NCBI GenBank assembly: GCA_037445555.1
Contig: JBBIKG010000009.1
Coordinates: 8,894 to 72,893, forward strand
Reading direction: 5' to 3'
Origin: Lentimicrobiaceae bacterium
GTDB taxonomy: Bacteria > Bacteroidota > Bacteroidia > Bacteroidales > JAAYJT01
DNA: 64,000 nt
Position 1 is the stretch's first letter, and every line of letters starts with the position of its first letter. The position numbers and the translations under genes are program-made. The notes under the pieces were generated by a model that saw only the letters and a program-made list of their open reading frames with translations, did no database searches and was not told the DNA's origin. Shown here piece after piece: positions 1-11,816 of the stretch.

Positions 1-1853
1 CAAATACCATCATGCAGGCCGCATTCTTCAAGATTGCCAATGTCATTCCTTACGAGCTGGCTGTAAAGGAAATGAAGAAAGCTGTTCTCAAATCGTTTGG
101 CAATAAGGGCGAAGACGTGGTCAACATGAACTTTGCAGCTATTGATCGCGGTGGTGAGCCTGAAAAAGTTGACATACCTGCAGAATGGGCAACCATCGAA
201 GTCAAGCCAAAGGAAGATGATCGCGATATCCCCGATTTCATCCGCGATGTGATGGAACCGATGACCTACCAAAAAGGCGACGATCTGCCCGTGAGTGCCT
301 TTATCGGACGCGAAGACGGTACCTTTCCGGCTGGAACAACAGCCTACGAAAAACGCGGTATCGCAGTAGAAGTTCCGCAATGGATCGCGAAAAACTGTAT
401 CCAGTGTAACCAGTGCGCTTATGTATGCCCCCATGCCTGTATCCGGCCGTTCCTGATCAATACGGAAGAAATGAAGCAACTGCCCGAAGACACCGAAACG
501 ATCAACGCCATTCCAAAAACCTTTGATGGACTTCAATACCGTATCCAGCTAAGCCCGCTCGATTGTACCGGCTGCGGAAACTGCATCGATACCTGTCCCG
601 CCAAGGAAAAGGCACTGGTATATAAACCCCTTGAAGAAATGATGGCCGAGGATGAACGCTATAACATCATTTCAAAAACAGTTACCTACAAGGATTCACT
701 GGTTGAAAAGACAAAAACTGTCAAGAACAGCCAGTTTTCACAGCCTTTGTTTGAATTCTCAGGTGCGTGCACAGGTTGCGGCGAAACACCATATATCAAG
801 CTCATTACGCAGCTCTACGGCGACAGGATGATGGTTGCCAATGCCACGGGGTGCTCGTCCATCTATGGAGGGTCAGCACCTTCAACACCCTATACTGTAA
901 ATTCAAAAGGACATGGACCTGCATGGGCCAACTCCCTATTTGAAGACAACGCTGAATATGGTTTTGGGATGGCTCTTGCCATTCGCCAGCTACGTGAAAG
1001 GATGGCTCAGATCATGCAGGCTGTCATGAACGATGGCATTGCCGACGAAACCCGACAAGCGTTTACTGAATGGGTCGAAAACATGAATGATGCCGAGAAA
1101 AGTAAGACAGCATCAGCCAGAGTTAAAGCAGCCCTTGTAAACGAAAAACACCCGGTTGCCCATGAGATTCTGAGTCTTAAACAATACCTCGTTAAGAAAT
1201 CGGTGTGGGTATTCGGTGGCGATGGCTGGGCCTATGATATTGGTTTTGGCGGTCTCGACCACGTCATTGCTTCAGGCGAAGACATCAACCTGTTGGTGAT
1301 GGATACGGAAGTTTATTCAAACACCGGTGGTCAGTCATCAAAGGCTACGCCTATCGGCGCAGTTGCAAAATTTGCCGCTTCGGGCAAGCGCATACGTAAG
1401 AAAGACCTCGGGATGATGGCCATGAGTTATGGATATGTTTATGTGGCTCAGATTGCCATGGGAGCCAGCCATAGCCAGACACTGAGGGCAATCCGCGAAG
1501 CCGAAGCATATCCTGGGCCTTCACTGGTTATCGCCTATTCGCCTTGCATCGCCCATGGTATTGTTAACGGCATGGGTATGTCGCAAAACGAATCCGACCG
1601 CGCTGTTGAATCCGGCTACTGGATCAATTACCGCTACAACCCAATGCTCGAGCATGAAGGCAGGAATCCACTTGAACTCGACTCAAAAGAACCCGATTGG
1701 AACAAATTCCAGGAGTTCCTGAATGGCGAAGTGCGTTACTCGTCGCTCAGGAAGGCATTTCCGATAGAAGCGGCCGAATTGTTCAAGGCTGCCGAAGAGA
1801 ATGCCCGCTGGCGCTACAACACCTATAAACGTCTGGCCTCTATGCAGTATTAG
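1..1853 (+). CDS. nifJ: pyruvate:ferredoxin (flavodoxin) oxidoreductase, C-terminal part (5' end lies left of the window)
   Basis: The frame is open to the window edge. Two ferredoxin-type CxxCxxCxxxCP motifs (CIQCNQCAYVCPHAC, CTGCGNCIDTCPA) are followed by the TPP-binding block GGDGWAYDIGFGGLDH...VYSNTGGQ. The stop is followed by a hairpin terminator. Confidence 0.93.
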   Translation, partial: NTIMQAAFFKIANVIPYELAVKEMKKAVLKSFGNKGEDVVNMNFAAIDRGGEPEKVDIPAEWATIEVKPKEDDRDIPDFIRDVMEPMTYQKGDDLPVSAFIGREDGTFPAGTTAYEKRGIAVEVPQWIAKNCIQCNQCAYVCPHACIRPFLINTEEMKQLPEDTETINAIPKTFDGLQYRIQLSPLDCTGCGNCIDTCPAKEKALVYKPLEEMMAEDERYNIISKTVTYKDSLVEKTKTVKNSQFSQPLFEFSGACTGCGETPYIKLITQLYGDRMMVANATGCSSIYGGSAPSTPYTVNSKGHGPAWANSLFEDNAEYGFGMALAIRQLRERMAQIMQAVMNDGIADETRQAFTEWVENMNDAEKSKTASARVKAALVNEKHPVAHEILSLKQYLVKKSVWVFGGDGWAYDIGFGGLDHVIASGEDINLLVMDTEVYSNTGGQSSKATPIGAVAKFAASGKRIRKKDLGMMAMSYGYVYVAQIAMGASHSQTLRAIREAEAYPGPSLVIAYSPCIAHGIVNGMGMSQNESDRAVESGYWINYRYNPMLEHEGRNPLELDSKEPDWNKFQEFLNGEVRYSSLRKAFPIEAAELFKAAEENARWRYNTYKRLASMQY

Positions 1854-1876
1854 ACCAGACCGACTTTGAAATTTTG

Positions 1877-1915
1877 CGAAAGGCTGCCCCAAATGGCAGC
1901 CTTTCGGTATTTTTG
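1877..1915 (+). terminator. rho-independent terminator after nifJ
   Basis: 12-bp stem CGAAAGGCTGCC / GGCAGCCTTTCG around a 6-nt loop, followed by GTATTTTTG. Confidence 0.7.
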
Positions 1916-1930
1916 CATCATCAAAATCCT

Positions 1931-2827
1931 ATGCTTATGAAAAAGATTTTATGGATACTGGTTGTCTTTCTGTCGGCACAGGCAATAGTTTTCGGTTGGT
2001 GGTTGTATAAACTGCAGGCCCGCAACGGACAGGAGGCGTTTTCGGGAGCAATAATACCTGCGAGTCACATCACACTGGTTGACTCTATACAACCTCCGGC
2101 TACCAGCTATAAGATGCAACTTAGTGAACAGGCCATGCTGGCCGCCTTGTTTCACCAACGTGCAGCCGAGTACAGGGCGTTGTGTCACCAGGCCTTTATG
2201 GCAGCCCGCCTGATGCTTGAAATCGATCTGCTGGATAAATCTGTGAAATCGCCCAGGGCAATTATCGTTGATATCGATGAGACCCTTATCGACAACAGCC
2301 CTCATCAGGCCAAATGCATTGAAGAAGCCACTTCGTATCCCGATTTCTGGGACGAATGGTGCAACTTGGCTCAGGCCAAAGCCGTGCCGGGCGCGGTTGA
2401 ATTTCTTATCCATGCACGTAAGTTTGGGGTTTCGGTGTTTTACATAACCAACCGCAGAGATCATCTCAAGGAGGTAACAATGAAAAACCTCAGGGATCTG
2501 GGTTTTCCGCAGGTGGAAGAGAAAAATATGTATTTCCGCACCACCGAATCAAGCAAGGAAGGCCGCAGGCAAGAGGTAGCAAAAATCTATCATATAAGCA
2601 TGTTCATCGGCGACAACCTTGCCGATTTTTCCTACCTGTTTGACAATAAAACCATTGAGCAACGTGCCGCCGTGGTTGACAGCCTGAGCTCAGCTTTCGG
2701 CCGTCGCTATATCGTTCTGCCCAATACCATGTATGGCGATTGGGAATCGGCGTTATACAACTATGATTTTTCGCTAAGCGATTCAGCCAAATTGGCTGTG
2801 CGTTACATGATGCTCCAGTCCTTTTAG
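1931..2827 (+). CDS. HAD-superfamily class B acid phosphatase / 5'-nucleotidase, e(P4)-like, membrane anchored
   Basis: Contains the DIDETLIDNS nucleophile motif, YITNR, GDNLADF and YGDWE blocks, as in the lipoprotein e(P4) family. N-terminal hydrophobic anchor KKILWILVVFLSAQAIVFGWW. The track ORF starts at TTG 1874 inside the nifJ terminator, so ATG 1931 (or 1937) is preferred. Confidence 0.8.
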   Translation: MLMKKILWILVVFLSAQAIVFGWWLYKLQARNGQEAFSGAIIPASHITLVDSIQPPATSYKMQLSEQAMLAALFHQRAAEYRALCHQAFMAARLMLEIDLLDKSVKSPRAIIVDIDETLIDNSPHQAKCIEEATSYPDFWDEWCNLAQAKAVPGAVEFLIHARKFGVSVFYITNRRDHLKEVTMKNLRDLGFPQVEEKNMYFRTTESSKEGRRQEVAKIYHISMFIGDNLADFSYLFDNKTIEQRAAVVDSLSSAFGRRYIVLPNTMYGDWESALYNYDFSLSDSAKLAVRYMMLQSF

Positions 2828-2860
2828 TTAGAGGCCTGGGTAAGGTTTCTCAAAACAGTT

Positions 2861-4624
2861 TTAGTACACTTCCATGATAAACGGCAGACGTGCCTGTATG
2901 CCGTAAAACCCGGATGCTTCCTTCATGTACTGAAAATACTTAAAATCGGCCCCAAGTTCATGACTGATTGCCCTGCGTATGGCAGCACCCTGCAGGTCAA
3001 ACATGAGTTGGGAAATTAGGTCTTTCTGTTCCGGGAGTTCAGTGATGCGGTAATCGTCAAGTTGCGCGAGTTCGGCAGCTACTTTGATGGCCTGCTCCAG
3101 CCCCCCGAAATCATCAATCAGACCGTTAGTCTTGGCATCTACACCACTCCAGATGCGACCCTGGCCCAGCTCATCTACTTTTTCCACACTCAGCCCGCGA
3201 CCATTTGATACATGGGTGATGAACGATTTGTAAATGCGGTCAATCATCTGCTGCATAATCTTTTCCTCATCCGGGCGCATGGGTCTGTTGAAAGGAATAA
3301 AATCGCTGTAGGTGTTGGTTTTGACCTCGTCAAAAGTAATGCCGAGTTTGTTGTTGAAAAAACTCTTCATATTGGGAATGACACCGATTACACCGATCGA
3401 CCCGGTAAGCGTCGACGGACTGGCAATGATTTTCGAGGCTCCGCAGGAAATATAATAACCACCTGATGCAGCCACGTCGCCCATATTGGCAACCACCGGC
3501 TTTTGTTCTTTGGCAAGCAATACCTCACGCAGTATCACCTCTGAGGCCAGCGCACTGCCTCCGCCTGAGTTGACACGCAACACGATGGCTTTCACATTCT
3601 TATCCTCCCGTGCTTTGCGAATGGCTTTCGAAATTCCCTCAGACCCAATAGTATAGTCATCGCCAGCTCCCATCACAATGCTTCCCTGGGCAAAGATTAC
3701 CGCGATTTTGTTGCGCGAAAATTTACTTTCTCCAGCCTTGCTCGCCGCATTGGCATACTTGTCGAGGCTGATGGTCTCGATCTTGGCATCTGGTTCCAAG
3801 CCAATCCGCTCGCGCAGATCAGCCAACACCTGGTCTTTATACCAAAGGGCATCGATCAGCTTGAGCTCAACGGCATCGACAGGTTTTTTAAGGCTAAAGT
3901 TATCTGCAATGGCATTAAGCTGCTCTGCACTTACCTGCCTTGATGAGGCAATCGCGTCGAGCATTTCTTTCCAAAGGGTAGAAACATAGGCATTGATCTG
4001 AAGGCGGTTTTCGTTGCTTAATTTATCGAGCATAAGTGGCTCTGCCGCACTCTTATATTTGCCGTATTTAACAAGCTGGGGCTCTATCTCTAGCTTTCTC
4101 AGCAACCCCTTTAAGAACACTTGCTGGCTTGCCAGCCCTTTGATTTCAAGGTCGCCCTCGGGATTCATATACACCTTGTCGGCAACTGTTACCAGATAAT
4201 ACTGTGATTGCGAGTAATAATCCCCGTAGCTGATGATAAACTTTCCGCCCGATTTAAAAGATTCCAGTGCTTTTCTGATCTCACCCATGGTGGCGATACC
4301 TGCCGATACTATGCCCGGCTCAAGGAGAATGCCACTTATGTTAGGGTCATCGGCTGCTTTTTTAATGTTTTTCAGGATCTCGTTCAGTCCGGGGCTTGGT
4401 TTAAGCCCGCTGAAGCCTGAGGCGGAAAAAGGGTTTTTCGAAGCCCGATCATTGATGGGTTTGTCGAGCGTCACATGAAGCACCGTATTGGGTTTCACCA
4501 GCACAGTTTCCTGCGAGAGCGAAACGATGGAAGCAATGATTCCGAGGGCAAGAAATAAGAGGAGAATCGTTCCGACCAGGAAACCTAAGAGGGAAGCGAA
4601 AAAGAATTTAAAAAACTGTTTCAT
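2861..4624 (-). CDS. sppA: signal peptide peptidase SppA, 67K type
   Basis: 587 aa with an N-terminal TM helix and two tandem S49/ClpP-fold halves. The second half carries GDVAASGGYYISCGA. Confidence 0.88.
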   Translation of the reverse strand: MKQFFKFFFASLLGFLVGTILLLFLALGIIASIVSLSQETVLVKPNTVLHVTLDKPINDRASKNPFSASGFSGLKPSPGLNEILKNIKKAADDPNISGILLEPGIVSAGIATMGEIRKALESFKSGGKFIISYGDYYSQSQYYLVTVADKVYMNPEGDLEIKGLASQQVFLKGLLRKLEIEPQLVKYGKYKSAAEPLMLDKLSNENRLQINAYVSTLWKEMLDAIASSRQVSAEQLNAIADNFSLKKPVDAVELKLIDALWYKDQVLADLRERIGLEPDAKIETISLDKYANAASKAGESKFSRNKIAVIFAQGSIVMGAGDDYTIGSEGISKAIRKAREDKNVKAIVLRVNSGGGSALASEVILREVLLAKEQKPVVANMGDVAASGGYYISCGASKIIASPSTLTGSIGVIGVIPNMKSFFNNKLGITFDEVKTNTYSDFIPFNRPMRPDEEKIMQQMIDRIYKSFITHVSNGRGLSVEKVDELGQGRIWSGVDAKTNGLIDDFGGLEQAIKVAAELAQLDDYRITELPEQKDLISQLMFDLQGAAIRRAISHELGADFKYFQYMKEASGFYGIQARLPFIMEVY

Positions 4625-4776
4625 AATACGCTGAAGATTAAAAGTATATGTTATGAGTGACCTTAAATAAACGATTTTGTTAAAACTATTCCGAAAGTAT
4701 AAAAAAAATTAACCTCAGCTATTGAAATAAAACCACAGGATAAATTAACAATTGTAAATTTGCTTTCCACTCACGC

Positions 4777-5286
4777 ATGAACTCTGCTGTTTATCTGATC
4801 ACCGGAAGCAATCGCGGATCCCGCCTGCAGAACCTGCAGGAAGCTGCAATGCACCTTGGCCGGTGCTGTGGAACCATCGTTCGGCAATCAGGAATTTACG
4901 AAACGCAACCCTGGGGCTTCCGCGACGAAAAATGGTTTCTTAACCAGGTATTACAGTTGAGCACAGAATTACTGCCTGATGAGTTAATGAAAAAAATACT
5001 CGAAACAGAAGCAGGAATGGGTCGTCGCAGGCGAGGAACACGGTACATAGGCCGGAACATCGATATAGATGTTCTTTTTTATGACGACCTGGTTCTTGTA
5101 AATGACATCATTACCCTTCCGCATCCCCGTATTGCATCGAGACGTTTCGTGCTGGTGCCACTGGCTGAAATTGCTCCCCGGCTGGTTCACCCTGTACTAG
5201 GCAAGCAAATACAGCAATTGCTTCATGAGTGCTCCGACACCCTTCAGGTCAACTCCTATATGTTTGAAAGGAACTTAACTCATTGA
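4777..5286 (+). CDS. folK: 2-amino-4-hydroxy-6-hydroxymethyldihydropteridine diphosphokinase (HPPK)
   Basis: 169 aa with YETQPWGF, IDIDVLFYDD and LPHPRIASRRFVLVPLAEIAP, which are hallmark HPPK blocks. Confidence 0.9.
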   Translation: MNSAVYLITGSNRGSRLQNLQEAAMHLGRCCGTIVRQSGIYETQPWGFRDEKWFLNQVLQLSTELLPDELMKKILETEAGMGRRRRGTRYIGRNIDIDVLFYDDLVLVNDIITLPHPRIASRRFVLVPLAEIAPRLVHPVLGKQIQQLLHECSDTLQVNSYMFERNLTH

Positions 5287-5290
5287 CTAC

Positions 5291-5938
5291 ATGACGAAAT
5301 GCCGGATGAGATATAAATACATTGTGGTTGAGGGCAACATTGGCGCCGGTAAAACTTCTTTGGCTACTATTCTCTCGGAGCGATACAATGGCAAGCTCAT
5401 CCTCGAACAGTTTGAAGACAATCCGTTTTTGCCCAAGTTTTATGACGATCAGGTTAAATATGCCTTTCCACTCGAATTATCCTTCCTGGCCTCCCGCTAC
5501 CACCAGCTGAAGGACCAGATCGCCAGCCTCGACCTCTTTAAGTCCTTTGTGGTAGCTGATTATTTTATAAACAAGTCGTTGATCTTTGCCCGCAAGACAC
5601 TGCAGGATGATGAGTTTGCCCTGTTCAACCGGCTTTTCCAGATCATTATAAGCACCATGCCAAAGCCCGATTTGCTGGTCTATCTGCATGTAAATATCGA
5701 CAGGCTTCAGCATAACATCCGGAACCGTGGCCGGGCTTATGAGCAAACCATCGAAAACAGCTATCTCGAAAAAATCCAGCGGGGATACCTGGAGTACATT
5801 AAGCAGATACCCGACACCCGTGTGCTACTGCTCGACACCAACTCTATCGATTTTGTCAACCATCCCCACGATTTGGAAGCACTGGTGCAGGTGATAAATG
5901 CCGAATACAGCCCGGCAGTCCATTGCATCACTCTATAG
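5291..5938 (+). CDS. deoxynucleoside kinase
   Basis: P-loop VEGNIGAGKTSLA, ERS-like and RxRGRxYE-like (IRNRGRAYE) blocks, about 215 aa. It starts 4 nt after folK. Confidence 0.82.
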   Translation: MTKCRMRYKYIVVEGNIGAGKTSLATILSERYNGKLILEQFEDNPFLPKFYDDQVKYAFPLELSFLASRYHQLKDQIASLDLFKSFVVADYFINKSLIFARKTLQDDEFALFNRLFQIIISTMPKPDLLVYLHVNIDRLQHNIRNRGRAYEQTIENSYLEKIQRGYLEYIKQIPDTRVLLLDTNSIDFVNHPHDLEALVQVINAEYSPAVHCITL

Positions 5939-6005
5939 ATAGAAAACATCATCAATCCGTAGTGTAAAGACAAATAATTATTATTTTTGCACGTCGGAAG
6001 ACAAT

Positions 6006-6079
6006 CGGGGTGTGGCGCAGTTGGCTAGCGTGCTTGCATGGGGTGCAAGAGGTCGTGAGTTCGAGTCTCACCACTCCGA
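6006..6079 (+). tRNA. tRNA-Pro (anticodon GGG)
   Basis: Hand-folded cloverleaf. Acceptor CGGGGTG/CACTCCG (one G-U pair), anticodon stem CTTGC/GCAAG with loop ATGGGGT, T arm GTGAG-TTCGAGT-CTCAC. No encoded CCA. Confidence 0.88.
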
Positions 6080-6084
6080 CAAAC

Positions 6085-6110
6085 AGAGAGGGAAACCTCT
6101 CTTTTTTTTT
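6085..6110 (+). terminator. rho-independent terminator after tRNA-Pro
   Basis: Stem AGAGAGG / CCTCTCT with a GAAA tetraloop, followed by a run of about 9 T. Confidence 0.8.
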
Positions 6111-6196
6111 CATTCCGGGTCGTTTTAATTTCAATGTTTCTTACTTTGCAGGTCTTAATATCCGGATCTGACCCATTATTCAGGTAAGAAATATTT

Positions 6197-8740
<2,544 letters not shown>

Positions 8741-8836
8741 GTAAGTGTCATAATACCAGCGCAATAACTTGGCAGAAAATATTTTTTCTAAAAATGTTGC
8801 AACCACGTTTTTCTGTTGTACATTTGTGATATCAAA

Positions 8837-9709
8837 ATGATATTAAAACAAATTACCATGGAAAAAGAAAAAGTCTTATCACCGTCAATGGGATACCTCG
8901 GTTTGTTGGTATCCATCGTGCTACTTGTAGGCCCCATTTATTTGGGTATTACCGTATCACCATTCTTTTTTATACTTCTTATCATAGACCTGTTTTGCTG
9001 GATAGGCCTGGAGATCGTGAATCCCAACGAATCCTGCGTGCTGGTGCTTTTCGGAAAGTACAACGGCACGCTGAAACGAAACGGGTTTTACTGGATTAAC
9101 CCTTTTTATATCCGTAAAAAAATCTCGCTACGGGCTCGCAACCTCAACAGCGACCCAATCAAGGTTAATGACAAAATCGGGAATCCCATCATGATAGGTA
9201 TTGTTCTGGTGTGGAAGGTCGAAAACACATTTAAAGCGGCATTCGAGGTGGACGACTACATCCGTTTTGTTGACATTCAGAGCGAGGCTGCCATACGTAA
9301 GCTTGCCGGGGCTTACCCGTACGATAATTTTGATGACGAGGAAGCTGAAATTTCTTTGCGTTCGGGAGGCGAAGAGGTGAATGGCCAGCTTGAAACCGAA
9401 CTGCGCGAGCGGCTTGAGATTGCTGGCATCCATGTGATGGAAGCGCGCATCGCTTACTTGGCCTATGCCTCGGAAATTGCCGGAGCCATGCTTCGCAGGC
9501 AGCAGGCAACGGCCATTGTGGCGGCCCGCCAGAAGATAGTGGAAGGTGCCGTGAGCATGGTCGAAATGGCCCTGGATCAGCTTTCGAAAAAACAGATCAT
9601 TGAGCTTGATGAGGAAAAAAAGGCAGCTATGGTCAGCAATCTGATGGTGGTGTTGTGCAGCGATAAGGATGCGAGTCCCGTAATCAACACAGGCACGCTA
9701 CACCAATAA
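8837..9709 (+). CDS. SPFH (band 7/stomatin-prohibitin) domain membrane protein
   Basis: Two N-terminal TM helices are followed by an SPFH-like core (NPNESCVLVLFGKYNGTLKRNGFYWINPF...) and an Ala/Glu-rich coiled C-terminus. The track start is TTG 8816. ATG 8837 or 8858 is more likely. Confidence 0.7.
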   Translation: MILKQITMEKEKVLSPSMGYLGLLVSIVLLVGPIYLGITVSPFFFILLIIDLFCWIGLEIVNPNESCVLVLFGKYNGTLKRNGFYWINPFYIRKKISLRARNLNSDPIKVNDKIGNPIMIGIVLVWKVENTFKAAFEVDDYIRFVDIQSEAAIRKLAGAYPYDNFDDEEAEISLRSGGEEVNGQLETELRERLEIAGIHVMEARIAYLAYASEIAGAMLRRQQATAIVAARQKIVEGAVSMVEMALDQLSKKQIIELDEEKKAAMVSNLMVVLCSDKDASPVINTGTLHQ

Positions 9710-9720
9710 ATTGTGCAGGT

Positions 9721-9936
9721 ATGTCCAAAAAGAAACCTTTTGTCCTCAGGCTGAGCCCCGTTATGATGGAGCAGCTCGAACGTTGGTCTGCCGATGAATT
9801 CCGCAGTGTAAACGGGCAGATAGAATGGATCATTCAGCAGGCTTTGGTAAAAGCCGGCAGGGCAAAGGTTTCGGTATCTGCAGTGAAAAATACAAACCAA
9901 CTCAGGAATCAACGCCATGAACCTGATCAAGGATGA
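9721..9936 (+). CDS. Arc/MetJ-type ribbon-helix-helix DNA-binding protein
   Basis: 71 aa. FVLRLSPVMMEQLERWSADEFRSVNGQIEWIIQQAL fits the Arc-like strand-helix-helix pattern, including the RSxNxxI signature. It lies 12 nt after the SPFH gene and overlaps the next ORF by 20 nt. Confidence 0.65.
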   Translation: MSKKKPFVLRLSPVMMEQLERWSADEFRSVNGQIEWIIQQALVKAGRAKVSVSAVKNTNQLRNQRHEPDQG

Positions 9937-10570
9937 CCTTGTGCTGCTGGCCATCCATCCCGAACGCGGATGGGTACGCCGTCAGAACGACCTCCGCTAC
10001 GTCCTTGTAGCGGCGACGCTATGCGACCTGACCCTGATGGATGCATTTGAACTGGTTGAAGGAAAAATCAGTGCCAGCCCGGTATCCTGCGGAGATGAGT
10101 TGCTGGATACTCTGGCGAATAGCCTGATTAACTCAAATGGCAGGAAATTTTGGCATACCAGCAGCCGTCGCCGGCTCGAAGCGACAAAATACTTAAAACG
10201 GCAGATGCGCTCTCTTGAGCATCGGGGGATGATTCACAGCCGAACCATCACCTGGCTCGGAATACCTTTGGCAAAACGTTATTCCCTGCAACATTCCTGC
10301 TCGATTAAGACACTGATCAACACCTTGGAGCGGGTGCTCATTTACGGACGCACGCCCGACCTGCGCACAAGCGTACTCATACGCCTACTGAAGATGCTGC
10401 GGGTGACAGGGTATGTTTTCAGGGGGCATGAATATCGCGCGATCGCCCGGAAACGGGCCAGAGTCGTTTCGAAAATGCCTTTTGATGCCTATGAACATAC
10501 ATTGGAAACTATTTTCAAAGAGTTGCGCACTACACTGCAGATGTCCGATTCGCGCCGCAACCTTGGTTGA
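9917..10570 (+). CDS. GPP34/GOLPH3-family protein (function unknown in bacteria)
   Basis: 217 aa. The N-terminus LIKDDLVLLAIHPERGW and the all-helical remainder resemble bacterial GPP34-family members. The family call is from memory of the family consensus only. Confidence 0.5.
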   Translation: MNLIKDDLVLLAIHPERGWVRRQNDLRYVLVAATLCDLTLMDAFELVEGKISASPVSCGDELLDTLANSLINSNGRKFWHTSSRRRLEATKYLKRQMRSLEHRGMIHSRTITWLGIPLAKRYSLQHSCSIKTLINTLERVLIYGRTPDLRTSVLIRLLKMLRVTGYVFRGHEYRAIARKRARVVSKMPFDAYEHTLETIFKELRTTLQMSDSRRNLG

Positions 10571-10682
10571 TGACTAATTGTCAGGTTTTGCGTATCTTTA
10601 CAGCAACTTGTCGGGATAATGACCTTTGGCATCTTTTATGATCGGGGACAGGCAATTCAATCACATATAAAAATATATACAT

Positions 10683-11615
10683 ATGGTGGAAAAGATAAAA
10701 TGCCTGATTATTGGTTCAGGCCCTGCGGGATACACGGCTGCCATCTACGCCGCTCGTGCCGATCTTAAACCTGTGGTTTACACCGGCCTGCAGCCCGGTG
10801 GCCAGCTTACCATCACCACTGAGGTGGAAAATTTTCCGGGCTATCCCGATGGCCGGACAGGTCCGGAGATGATGGACGACTTCCGCAGGCAGGCCGAAAA
10901 GTTTGGCACCGACATCCGCTTCGGAATTATAGACCGGGTCGATTTTTCGCAGCGTCCCTTTAAGGCTGTAACCGACGACGGCAAGGAGCTGGAAGCAGAC
11001 ACTATAATCCTTTCTACCGGGGCTTCGGCCCGGTGGCTGGGCTTGGAGTCGGAAAAGAAATACAACGGCTACGGCGTATCGGCCTGTGCCACATGCGACG
11101 GGTTTTTCTACCGCGGCAAGGTGGTTGCAGTCATCGGAGGAGGCGATACCGCTGCCGAGGAGGCCAGTTACCTGTCGAAACTTTGCCAGAAAGTGTATCT
11201 CGTACATCGCCGCGATGAGCTGCGTGCCTCAAAAGCCATGCAGACCCGCGTGCTGAAAACACCGAATATTGAACCTGTTTGGAACCATACTGTGAAGGAG
11301 GTGCTGGGCGATGGCAAAGTGGTGAACGGTATCTTGCTCGAAAATACCAAAGACGGCTCACAAAAACAGCTTGAGGTGGACGGTGTTTTTATAGCCATTG
11401 GCCATACTCCAAATTCAGACATTTTCAAAGGCCAGATAGAAATGCATGAAAACGGGTACATCAAGACCGTGCCTGGCAGCACGCGCACCAATATCGAAGG
11501 GGTGTTCGCCGCCGGCGACTTACAGGACCACGTGTTCAGGCAGGCCGTAACAGCAGCGGGCACCGGCTGTATGGCTGCCATCGAAGCCGAACGTTGGCTT
11601 TCGGCACAGGAGTAG
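10683..11615 (+). CDS. trxB: thioredoxin-disulfide reductase
   Basis: GSGPAGYTAAIYAARA FAD motif, redox-active CATCDG, and the second dinucleotide motif GGGDTAAEEA. 310 aa. Confidence 0.95.
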   Translation: MVEKIKCLIIGSGPAGYTAAIYAARADLKPVVYTGLQPGGQLTITTEVENFPGYPDGRTGPEMMDDFRRQAEKFGTDIRFGIIDRVDFSQRPFKAVTDDGKELEADTIILSTGASARWLGLESEKKYNGYGVSACATCDGFFYRGKVVAVIGGGDTAAEEASYLSKLCQKVYLVHRRDELRASKAMQTRVLKTPNIEPVWNHTVKEVLGDGKVVNGILLENTKDGSQKQLEVDGVFIAIGHTPNSDIFKGQIEMHENGYIKTVPGSTRTNIEGVFAAGDLQDHVFRQAVTAAGTGCMAAIEAERWLSAQE

Positions 11616-11816
11616 TTGCCATTTATCCTAGATGAGGCTGCCTCATTTGGTTCAACTGATCGTTGAACTAATATCTGCTGCCAGGAATAATATAACAATG
11701 ATTTTTGATTACCAATCTATTATGCCCTTCTACCCACGTCAGTAAGGCTAGGCGTCCGATTGATTTCCGGATTTCTAGACAGCATCAAAATGATTGCATA
11801 AGCATCCAGAAATAGT

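Noticed and set aside
1874-1930. The TTG-initiated 5' extension of the acid phosphatase ORF.
   Set aside because: It overlaps the nifJ terminator hairpin and encodes no signal or TM segment. The hydrophobic anchor begins right after ATG 1931/1937.
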